Assembly: GCA_965197745.1 (NCBI GenBank) | Contig: CBDANS010000007.1 | Location: forward strand, 2,016,001 to 2,080,000 | Direction of reading: 5' to 3' | Length of the DNA: 64,000 nucleotides | From: Opitutales bacterium | GTDB taxonomy: Bacteria > Verrucomicrobiota > Verrucomicrobiia > Opitutales > PNEW01 | Shown: positions 41,197 through 50,802 of the stretch, piece after piece | Numbering within the stretch: the stretch's first letter is position 1 | How the letters are laid out: every line of letters starts with the position of its first letter | Translations under genes and position numbers: made by a program | Notes under the pieces: generated by a model | Told to the model about the DNA's origin: nothing | The model's input: only the letters and a program-made list of their open reading frames with translations | Database searches by the model: none

Positions 41197-42349
41197 TCAG
41201 CTTTCCACACCAAAGAACCCGTACCCTGGCTTCACATGCGCCCGCGCGACTTCATCGTTCAACTCGATGCCGAGTCCGGGACCGGTGGGGACAACGAACC
41301 TACCCTCCTGAATCAGCGGTTCCGGGGAGCTTACCAGGTTCCACCGCCAGGGAACCTGGTCCCAGTGGTAGGGCAGTTCCATGGTGTGAAGATTGCGGAC
41401 CGATGCGCATACATGCGCCGAGGCGGCCATACCGAGCGGGGATGTGATATTGTGTGCCGCGAAGGGCATTGTAGTAGAGGTCCGCCAGATCCGCAATTTT
41501 CTTGGCCTCTAGCATCCCGCCCGTGGCCGAGACATCCACATGCAGCATGTCGCATGCCTGCTCCTGAATAAGCCGCCGAAATCCATCCCGGCGATGTACC
41601 CATTCTCCGGTGCATATCGGTATGGATGTTGGGGCGGTGACTTTCCCCATGGCCTCGATATTTTCCGGTGGTACCGGATCCTCCAGGAACATCAGGTTGA
41701 ACGGCTTCAAACATCCGGCCAGAAGTGCGGCATCTCGGACGTTATACAACCCGTGACAGTCGATGCAGATATCGACCCCGTCCCCAACCTCCTCACGCAC
41801 GGCGGCTACCAGCGCGGTCATTTTATCCAATTCCGCCAGACTCAATCCCCGATTTACCGAATCGTGGCTGTATTCATCTGCGGCATGGTCGATATCGAAC
41901 TTGATAGCTTGATACCCGTCCGCCACACCCTCACGGGCGCGCGCCGCCCATGTTTCTGGAGTATTGACACCGTCACGGCCCTGTCCCACGTCCGCATACA
42001 TCCGGATGCTATCCCGGTATTTCCCACCCAGGAGCTGATAGACCGGAACGCCAATTGCCTTGCCGGCAATATCCCATAACGCCGTCTCTACCCCTCCGAT
42101 GGCGCCTAGCATAATCCCGGCGGTAGATTGGCCGATGGTCTTGGCCACCATGTGAGTATAGAGCGGTTCTACGTTCAGCGGGTCTTTGCCCAGAATCAGT
42201 GGCTTCAGCCGTTTGACCACTGCATCATTGATACCCTCGCCGGGATGCGCCTCCCCGATGCCGGTAACGCCTGCATCCGTCTGGATGCGTACATAATTCC
42301 AGTCCTTGTAACCCTTGAGTGTGGTCGTTTGTAGATCTGTGATGATCAT
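41197..42349 (-). pseudogene. Mandelate racemase/muconate-lactonizing enzyme family, +1 frameshift near 41470
   Basis: ALWDIAGK, KFD, DCH, EDP, GE; the C-terminus PFAAHN...PTGPGLGIELN is in another frame after TACTAC-A-ATG. Confidence 0.85.
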
Positions 42350-42695
42350 CTTTCAAGTCCTCTTATTGCAGCTCTTTAAGCCTCAGTGATGACCTGCTCA
42401 TCCCACAGATTTGCTGTATCCACCCTTCCATTTTCTATGACGGATTTTCTACCTTTGTGGGGTTAGACTTAATGTCAACATCTTCCAAGGTATATATCGT
42501 CGCGATATTATTGTGTTTAAGTTTTGCAGCTACCTCTGTTTCTCGCGAAGTGCAGTGTCCATGAGTTTTACAGCTTACTGCAGTAGACATCCTTGTAAAA
42601 GAGATACGGGTCGACGCAGAATAAAACTGGTTTACAAACTGGTTGATAAGGCGTACATTTTCCGTATGAAGTCAGAATAAAAAGGGGTCAGGCTG

Positions 42696-44267
42696 GAATG
42701 GCGTTAAGATAAGGGATAGAATGAGTGCAATAGATGCTTGTACAGGGACCGTTGGAGAGCTACCCTAACGAGCATGCAAAAACAAAACTTAACTCGTTAT
42801 TTTCCAGGATTTAATCAGGTCCTGTTCGGTCGTGCTCCCCGAACAGCCCTTGCACGGATGGAGGGTAAGCTGGTAGAAATACGGCGGTCAAGTCTTTCCG
42901 AGCTATCGGATATCTTCGGGCAGTGGGTGCCGCAAAAGTATTTACACCGGAAGCCTCGAGGGGCTAACAGCCGGCGGAGATTGTTCAGCCAAAACGTGAC
43001 CTTCTGGGCATTTTTGTTCCAAGTGCTCTCACCACGGACTGCCTGCCGGGAAGTGGTGCGCAAGCTCCAGAGCTATTGCAGCATGAAGGGGCTGAAGTTG
43101 GCTAAAGGAACGGCCTCGGCCTACTGTCAGGCGAGGCAACGGCTGTTGGTGCAAGACCTGCACGGGATCCATGAAGCGATCAGTGAAGAGGTGGCCGGGA
43201 GAGTGACCGACGATCAACGGTGGAAAGGTCACGAGGTAAAAGTGGTCGACGGCACGGGTATCGCCACCGCCGATACGCCGTGCTTGCAGAGGTGTTACCC
43301 ACAGCCTTCGCAGCAACGAAGCGGCTGCGGCTTTCCGGTGATGAAGCTGGTGGGCTGTTTTTCTTTAGCCAGTGGGGCGCTTTTACACTGGATGGAGTCC
43401 TCACTAAGGCATCATGACAGTGTGCTGTTGCGGGGCATGATCGGATTTTTTCAAAAGGGTGATGTGGTCCTTGCCGACCGGGGATTTTGCTCTTACCTCA
43501 ATATTGCCCTGCTTAAAGGCCGCGGTGCTGAAGCGGTCATGCGTTTGCATCAGCAACGAAGAAGCGACTTTCGTCAGGGCAGGTCCTTGGGTAGGTATGA
43601 CCGGCTGATCATGTGGAAGAAGCCGCAAAATGTCTTCGGCTTCAGTCGCGAGCAGTGGCGGCAAATCCCTGATGAGATCCCCGTACGGCTGGTGAAGATT
43701 TTCATTTTCATCAAAGGTTTCCGCGCCCATAGCGTAGACCTCGTGACTACCTTGAGCGATCCTCACCAATACTCCCACCACGATCTCGGAGAATTATACT
43801 ATCGGCGCTGGGCAGTGGAGCTTTACTTTCGCCACATCAAAACCACCATGGGGATGGAGATCCTGCGCTCTCGCTCGGTCGCTCTCGTGCGCAAAGAGAT
43901 TGCGATGTTTGCCATCGCCTACAATCTCTCATCCGCGCTCTTTTGCAGCAGCTGCCAGTGCCTTCCACCGCGACCTCTCCCGGCTAAGCTTCAAGGGGGC
44001 TGTTGACACCCTCCGCCAATATCAAAGTGCGCTCGCGGCCACCCGGTTTAATCCCAGAGCCCAACGATCTGTCATTGACGAGATGATACACCTCATTGCC
44101 CTCGAATCGGTCCCCCTACGTCCCTTCCGATACGAACCAAGAGTCCTCAAACGTAGACCTATACCTTTCCAACGATTGACTCATCCACGAGCCATGATGA
44201 CCGTCTCTGCTTCACGAAAAAACAAAGGCTTTTATCATCCTAAACCACCCTTATCTTAACGCCATTC
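42696..44267 (+). mobile_element. IS4-family element, copy 3 (frameshifted)
   Basis: Same IRs; +2 and -1 indels near 43930-43950; flanks GGGTCAGGCTG / GGGTCAGGCTT. Confidence 0.95.
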
Positions 44268-44326
44268 GGGTCAGGCTTCGCATCTAAGCATTTTTATTTT
44301 TTTGCTGATTTGCGAAGCCTGACCCC
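44268..44326. repeat. 59-bp GGGGTCAG palindrome, family C copy 1
   Basis: GGGTCAGGCTTCGCA ... TGCGAAGCCTGACCCC; near-identical direct copy at 44967-45026. Confidence 0.85.
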
Positions 44327-44354
44327 TTTTCCACCGTGTGCTGATTTGCACCGG

Positions 44355-44822
44355 CTAATGGTCCAGCGGTGGTCCCACTATCTCCATATTGTACTTCTCA
44401 GCTAAGGCATTGGCCTTGGCAACGTAAGCCTCTGTGTCCGTAACATCCAGATCAAAAGCTTCATCAAAGAACTGCTCAAATCCTGGTGGAGAAAAGATGA
44501 CGAGGAACTTGGCGGGCTCCTGCCCGACTCGAGAAAAAGCGTGAACCGTTCCCCTGGGGACGAGTACAAAAGAACCCGCCGTTGCCTTAATAGTACGTTC
44601 ACCCAACAGGATATTAATCTCTCCCTCCAAGACATAGAAGGCTTCATCCTCGGTTTTGTGTATGTGTTGTGGCGGTCCGTCACCAAGTAGCTCAATTTCC
44701 AACAGTGAATACCCGCCATCAGTGTCCGCACCAACCACCTTATGCGTTACCTGGTGACCTGGCACTGGAACTATCTTGCCCTCTCCTGGGCCAAGTAAGA
44801 TATTTTCATTGTTATTAGACAT
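44355..44822 (-). CDS. Cupin-domain protein
   Basis: PPQHIHKTEDEAFYVLEG, VPRGTVHAF. Confidence 0.92.
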   Translation of the reverse strand: MSNNNENILLGPGEGKIVPVPGHQVTHKVVGADTDGGYSLLEIELLGDGPPQHIHKTEDEAFYVLEGEINILLGERTIKATAGSFVLVPRGTVHAFSRVGQEPAKFLVIFSPPGFEQFFDEAFDLDVTDTEAYVAKANALAEKYNMEIVGPPLDH

Positions 44823-44885
44823 GACTTGCTCTCCTTTCCTCGTGGACCTCCGTTCGTTGTTTTCCGTGCTTCATATCATTAGTTT

Positions 44886-44939
44886 AGCTAACAGGCTTTT
44901 AGCGAGGCGTAAATACTTGAAGATGTGTTTTGATTGCAA
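44886..44939 (-). promoter_or_regulatory. Second-type attI-like module
   Basis: TTGCAA-N18-TATTTA-N5-CGCTAAA-AGCCT-GTTAGCT; same spacing as module 3. Confidence 0.45.
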
Positions 44940-44966
44940 GATTTCAATAGAGAATCAATTTCTAAA

Positions 44967-45026
44967 GGGGTCAGGCTTCGCATCTAAGCATTTTTATTTT
45001 TTTGCTGATTTGCGAGGCCTGACTCC
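44967..45026. repeat. Family C palindrome copy 2 (empty IS4 target)
   Basis: Direct repeat of 44268-44326. Confidence 0.85.
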
Positions 45027-45159
45027 TTTTGGTTTTTCCAATAAGCTTTTGATATAAAATTGTTTGCTTGAAATTTACGTTCCAAATTAATAGGCGCAAT
45101 GTTCTTGAATTACGCGCGGCTCCTGTCTATTGCTCTGTAATCTCAAAAAGGGATCACAC

Positions 45160-47382
45160 ATGAATAATAAATTACTGAGCACCGTAATTTTATTGATTGG
45201 ATTAACGGTGTTTTTATCCGCACAACCTGAATCACTGAATACATTTTTTGATTTTGAAGATGATACAGCGACAGGGACTGATTTCACTCTGGGCGTTGCC
45301 CCTTTTACTATCAGGGTTATAGGGTTTACCCTGGAAACGGTGGACAACCCGGCCCTCGCTCATTCAGGAAACAAAGCGTTGGTTCTTGAAGCGGGTCAGG
45401 AAGGGAAAATTATTTTTGAAAGAGGTGTCAATTTACTCCAGTTTTATACTGCTGAAACTACCGGTGGTGGCCGATTAGAGCTTAGAGATATAATTCGACG
45501 AACTTTAAGGATGAATGGAGTTGTAAAAGGTCTCCCTGCTAACATCAGTCCCGGCGCTAATCCACCGCTTCAAAGTTTCGTCGCCTTCAGCGGGGATATT
45601 TTGGATGCTACTGATCTTACCTTTACGAGCGGTGTCATTGAAATTAAAATGATCAATGTAAATGAACGCGCTTCCATAGACGATCTTGGTTTTACCTATG
45701 TTGTTGGTCCACCCAACAATACCCTTTTTGAAAATTTCGAGGATGAGAGTATGAGGCCAGAATTTAATAGCCCACCTAATACGCATGTAAATTTCACTCT
45801 CGGTGTGCCTCCTTACACCGCGTCTTTTACCGGGGGCATTGCGTCCAACTCAGGGGGACAATTTTTTAATCATACTATTCCCGGCGGCGCAGTCTGGAGA
45901 GTTGAGGATTCATCTTTTGTGGGCGGGGATGGCATAGGAATTATTAATTTTGAGACCCCAGTCGCTAATCTAGAATTTTACGCTGCAGTGTTCCTTGAGG
46001 AAGATGGAGAAATTCAAATTTTCGACACTAATGATAACCTGCTCACTTCAACCCAAAATATACCCCTTAATATTAGTCACTTATTTGATTCACCCTTTGA
46101 TTATTTTTCTTTTAATGCTGCAGAATTAGGAGCTCTCGAGGGAATTGGGAAATTACATTATCTCAACTTGGATAAAGTCTCTTTCCAAGGAAACGTTCTG
46201 CATAATGTTATTGATGATTTTGGATTTACCCCAGTCGGTGCTCCTGGAAGTGGTTCCGAGGGCCCGCCCCCGTTAACTGGTCCTACTATTACGACCCAGC
46301 CCGCGAGCCAGGAAGTGCAGTCAGGCTCAGCCATTGTATTATCGGTTGTCGCCAGCGGTGACGATCTTACTTACCAGTGGTTTACCGGCAACAGCGGTGA
46401 CACCGCTGCTCCAGTCACCGGTGCGACTGGAAGCACGCTGGACACGGGCGCTCTCAACGTAAGTACAAATTACTGGGTGCAGATTACAAACGCTGGAGGC
46501 ACCGCTGACAGCGATACCGCGGTCGTCACGGTCGCGGCCCCCTCCGTGCCTCTTGTCCTCGACGGCATGGGTGATATTGCCGGTGAAAACATCCAGCATC
46601 CTAATGGCAATGTCTTCGACCAGATTTTACTCACGGGTGAATCCATACAACTGCAGGCCAGACCGGGACAGATTACAAGGGTCTCCTTCATGGATGAGAC
46701 CGAAGACATTGTTCAGGTTGAATTCTCTGGCGCAGGGACCTTTACCGTTACCCTGGACCCTGCCACTTTCCTGCCCCCGGCCATCCCCCCACGCTACAAC
46801 CAGGCAGTTGAGTATGTGACGGGTAAACCGGGCGTGGTCATCGACGGAGCTGACTCCAGTACCTTTTTCAGTATCTTCACCGTGGGTTCAATCAACGCCG
46901 TGAACCAGGCGCTCTTCCCCGAAGGACAGGTCTATGATGCCCAGGCAGACGTGACCCTCGTTGAAGTGGTCAATTCCACGGGGATAGGAGGAATGCAGTT
47001 ATCGAACACCGTGTTCAGTGGAAGTACGGGTAAAGTTGGCGTGGATGCGAGAGGGGTCCCGATCGCGGTACGGCTTACGGTAGGTGACATCGATGCCAGT
47101 GGGGATGCGGTACCGAATCTGTTATTTGGATCGGGTTCATTTACGGTGCCCGCAGGCAACCCCGGGTTACGCATCACTGGAGGAGACCTGGCACAGACAA
47201 ACGGAGCTTCAGTAGTGGTCGCTGAGAGCGGATCAACGACACCCGGGTTTGAAACCTTGATTACGCAGAACAACTTCAAGTCCGACAACACGCCTCAACC
47301 GACACAAAATATTGCTGCGACCTTCGCCAATGAGAATGGTGATGCGATTACGGTTACGACCGAAGAGTTGACGATCGAATGA
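45160..47382 (+). CDS. Secreted Ig-like domain protein, paralog 3
   Basis: Same architecture; ATG 45160 gives a signal peptide. Confidence 0.9.
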   Translation: MNNKLLSTVILLIGLTVFLSAQPESLNTFFDFEDDTATGTDFTLGVAPFTIRVIGFTLETVDNPALAHSGNKALVLEAGQEGKIIFERGVNLLQFYTAETTGGGRLELRDIIRRTLRMNGVVKGLPANISPGANPPLQSFVAFSGDILDATDLTFTSGVIEIKMINVNERASIDDLGFTYVVGPPNNTLFENFEDESMRPEFNSPPNTHVNFTLGVPPYTASFTGGIASNSGGQFFNHTIPGGAVWRVEDSSFVGGDGIGIINFETPVANLEFYAAVFLEEDGEIQIFDTNDNLLTSTQNIPLNISHLFDSPFDYFSFNAAELGALEGIGKLHYLNLDKVSFQGNVLHNVIDDFGFTPVGAPGSGSEGPPPLTGPTITTQPASQEVQSGSAIVLSVVASGDDLTYQWFTGNSGDTAAPVTGATGSTLDTGALNVSTNYWVQITNAGGTADSDTAVVTVAAPSVPLVLDGMGDIAGENIQHPNGNVFDQILLTGESIQLQARPGQITRVSFMDETEDIVQVEFSGAGTFTVTLDPATFLPPAIPPRYNQAVEYVTGKPGVVIDGADSSTFFSIFTVGSINAVNQALFPEGQVYDAQADVTLVEVVNSTGIGGMQLSNTVFSGSTGKVGVDARGVPIAVRLTVGDIDASGDAVPNLLFGSGSFTVPAGNPGLRITGGDLAQTNGASVVVAESGSTTPGFETLITQNNFKSDNTPQPTQNIAATFANENGDAITVTTEELTIE

Positions 47383-47421
47383 TCTCTTCGAGAAGTGTTA
47401 AGTTTGAAGTGTTAGGTATTA

Positions 47422-47527
47422 GGTGGAACGGGCTGCCTGCCAGCCATAGCCTTGACGTAGGTTGGTCCCTAGCACGCTTCTTTACTTATGGACATTCTCA
47501 AACGCGGTAGGGACACTGCGTTCCACC
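47422..47527. repeat. GGTGGA...TCCACC REP-doublet with insert
   Basis: Homolog of 17270-17344. Confidence 0.75.
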
Positions 47528-47787
47528 TTTTATGTAATATTAAAAGCGACTATATACTGATGCCTCTAAACGGTGAACCTTGAACCGTGAACCTTCTTCC
47601 CAACACGCGCGTTAGCGCTCTTCCCTTTTTGACTTTATGACATTTTGACCCGCGCCTCACCCCGCTTCACCTAAAACCAAACAGAGCTACTGCATTTTAC
47701 TGTTTACTTGTCACTGGTCACTGTTCACTACAATCTCCCTATCTTCTATTTCAATCTCATACATTTAACGCCAATAAAAAGCTCACC

Positions 47788-50016
47788 ATGTTATTAAAAA
47801 AATCGCTGGCCTTCTACATTGGCTCACTCTTATCCCCCATTCTTCTCATCGCTCTGCCTCAAGACCTGGAGATATTTACCGATTTTGAAAATGTAAGCGG
47901 TGAAGGGACTATCTTCATCGGTGAAGAGCCAAATGTAATAACACTGGTTGGTTTCACGGTGGAAACTTTAGAAGATCCGGCACAATTACACTCGGGAACA
48001 AAAGCTCTAACTTTGGGGCCTGGACAGGAGGGAAGATTAATTTCCTCAAGAGGAATACAATTTATTGAATTTTATGCAGGTGAAACGACAGGAGCGGGTA
48101 AATTCGAGATAAGAGGAGAAGTGAATACCGCTCAACAGGGAGGCCAAGCGGATACAAGTGTTGTTACTATCATCGCCGAAGATGGGGTTATCGAAGGATT
48201 GCCGGCAAATATCAACCCCGGCGCCAATCCACCTCTCTACAGCTATGTCGCACATACCAATAGTTTTTTTGATGATGAAGATTTAAATTTCCTTTCAGGA
48301 ATTAAAGAAGTTAAATTTCTAAATGTTACGGGGAAACTCGTGATCGATGACCTGGGATTCACCCTGACTGACTTTCCCTCAAACAATACTGTTTACGAGA
48401 GTTTTGATACCTTTGGTCCGGGTGCAGGGCAGTCAGAAGCCTTGGTCATTGGGACGGCGCCCCATACTGCGACCTTGGAAGGAGGACTCATTTTGGTTGA
48501 ATTTTCAGATGGTCTCCAATACACGCGCTCCTCTCCTACTGCATATGGATTATTTAATGGGGAGGAAGCAACCATCACTTTTGAAACCCCGGCTTATGAA
48601 ATTGATACATTCGCCTCTCAGAGTACGGCACCCAAAGAGGGCATCAATCCCGATGGCTTTATCGATGTCTATGATACAAACGACAACTTACTCCTTACGA
48701 TTGATACATTAGAAGGCGATATTTCAGCTACATTCAAACCCGGTTTTATAACGATTAATGCAGTTGAATTAGGTGCTCCTGGGGGTATTGGAAAGATTGT
48801 TTTGAGAGATCATCCGACTGTCAATCCGGATGGTCATACATCCATCGACGATTTTGGTTATACTCCGATCGGAGCCCCGGGCACAGGTTCCGAGGGTCCC
48901 CCACCCGCTACTGCACCTTCGATCACCACCCAGCCGTCAAGTCAGGAGATCGCATCCGGCGCTTCGGCCAGCTTGTCCGTCACCGCCAGCGGTGACGATC
49001 TCACTTATCAGTGGTTTACCGGTAACAGCGGTGACAGCACTGCTCCGGTCACCGGTGCGACTAGCAGCACCCTGGACACGGGCGCTCTCAACGTAAGTAC
49101 AAATTACTGGGTGCAGATTACAAACGCTGGTGGTAGCGCTGACAGCGATACCGCGACCATCACCGTAGCCGCTCCCTCCGTCCCTCTCGTCCTCGACGGC
49201 TCGGGAGATATCGCCGGTGAAAACATTCAACACGCCAACGGCAATGTCTTCGACCAGATTTTACTCACCGGAGAGTCCGTCCAACTCCAGGCCAAACCGG
49301 GACAGATCACCCGCGTCTCCTTCATGGATGAAAACGAGGACATCGTGCAGGTTGAATTTTCAGGTAATGGGACCTTTACCGTAACTCTGGATCCGGCCAC
49401 CTTCCTCCCTCCGGCCATCCCTCCACGTTACAACCAGGCCGTTGAGTACGTGACCGGCAAACCGAGCGTGGTCATCGATGGAGCGGACGCCAATACCTTC
49501 TTCAGTATCTTCACCGTGGGTAGGATCAACGCCTTTAACCAGGCGCTGTTCCCCGAAGGACAGGTCTATGACGCGCAAGCGGACGTGACCCTCGTGGAAA
49601 TTGTAAATTCCACGGGCATGGGCGGCATACAACTGTCGAACACCGTGTTCAGTGGAAGCACCGGCAAGACCGGAATCGACGCGCGGGGGGTACCGATCGG
49701 GGTACGCTTAACGATTGGCGATATCGATGCCAGTGGCGATGCGGTACCGCACATATTGTTTGGCTCAGGCTCCTTCACCGTTCCAGCCGGCAACCCCGGG
49801 TTGCGTATCACCGGTGGCGACTTGTTACAGACGAACGGCGCCGCAGTGGTCGTCGCGGAAAGTGGATCGACGACGACCGGGTTTGATACCTTGATCACCC
49901 AGAACAATTTTAAATCCGACAACACACCTCAGCCGACACTGAGCATCGATGCCACCTTCGCCAATGAGGATGGCGATGCGATTACGGTTGTTCTCGAAGA
50001 GATCACGATCGAGTGA
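47788..50016 (+). CDS. Secreted Ig-like domain protein, paralog 4
   Basis: Same architecture. Confidence 0.9.
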   Translation: MLLKKSLAFYIGSLLSPILLIALPQDLEIFTDFENVSGEGTIFIGEEPNVITLVGFTVETLEDPAQLHSGTKALTLGPGQEGRLISSRGIQFIEFYAGETTGAGKFEIRGEVNTAQQGGQADTSVVTIIAEDGVIEGLPANINPGANPPLYSYVAHTNSFFDDEDLNFLSGIKEVKFLNVTGKLVIDDLGFTLTDFPSNNTVYESFDTFGPGAGQSEALVIGTAPHTATLEGGLILVEFSDGLQYTRSSPTAYGLFNGEEATITFETPAYEIDTFASQSTAPKEGINPDGFIDVYDTNDNLLLTIDTLEGDISATFKPGFITINAVELGAPGGIGKIVLRDHPTVNPDGHTSIDDFGYTPIGAPGTGSEGPPPATAPSITTQPSSQEIASGASASLSVTASGDDLTYQWFTGNSGDSTAPVTGATSSTLDTGALNVSTNYWVQITNAGGSADSDTATITVAAPSVPLVLDGSGDIAGENIQHANGNVFDQILLTGESVQLQAKPGQITRVSFMDENEDIVQVEFSGNGTFTVTLDPATFLPPAIPPRYNQAVEYVTGKPSVVIDGADANTFFSIFTVGRINAFNQALFPEGQVYDAQADVTLVEIVNSTGMGGIQLSNTVFSGSTGKTGIDARGVPIGVRLTIGDIDASGDAVPHILFGSGSFTVPAGNPGLRITGGDLLQTNGAAVVVAESGSTTTGFDTLITQNNFKSDNTPQPTLSIDATFANEDGDAITVVLEEITIE

Positions 50017-50056
50017 TCTCTTCGAGATGTGTTAGGTTTTAAGTTTTAGGTGTTAA

Positions 50057-50194
50057 GGTAGAGCGGGCTGCCTGACAGCTATAGTCCCGCCACCGCGGGA
50101 CGACGGCTGTTCCCAGCACACTTCTTTACTTGTGGCATTCTCAAACGCGGTAGGGACACGATTCGACTGAGCTCGTCGCAGGCTGCGTTCCACC
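50057..50194. repeat. REP-doublet with two nested short inserts
   Basis: Homolog of 53084-53159 with extra palindromic segments. Confidence 0.7.
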
Positions 50195-50802
50195 CTTTAT
50201 GTCATGTTGTTCTTTTTAGTAAGGCATGAAGCTATAGGGCAATCCATTGCGGGTATGATGTTTTACTTCTATATGTCATTGCGAGAAGCAACGCGACGAA
50301 GCAATCCAGGCGACTAACGTTATGTTACCGACATTCCCCTGGAATGGAAGATGTCGGACTTCGCTCTCGGTAGTCGCGGTCGGCTACGCCTTCTTCCAAT
50401 GACAAGGTAAGATACAAAACGTAATCAGATTACATTTCACAATATGCGTAGACGGATCCAGCTCTCTTCACCAGTCACTGTTCACTGATCCCTGCCTGTC
50501 CTGAGTGCAGTCGATGGGAACCTTCTTCCCAACACTGGCGTTAGTGCTCTTCCCTTTTTGACTTTTTGACCCGCGTCTCACCCCGCTTCGCCTAAAACTA
50601 AACAGAGCTACTGCATTTTACTGTTCACTGATCCCCCACTGCGTTTGAGAATGTAGCAATAGAAAAAAGCGCGCTAGGGACACCCCGCTCCACCTAAAAC
50701 TTAACTGCATTTTACAGTTTACTGTTTACTGTTCACTGTTCACTTCTATCTCTCGATTTTATATTTCAATCACATCCATTTAACGCCTATAAAATACCCC
50801 CC

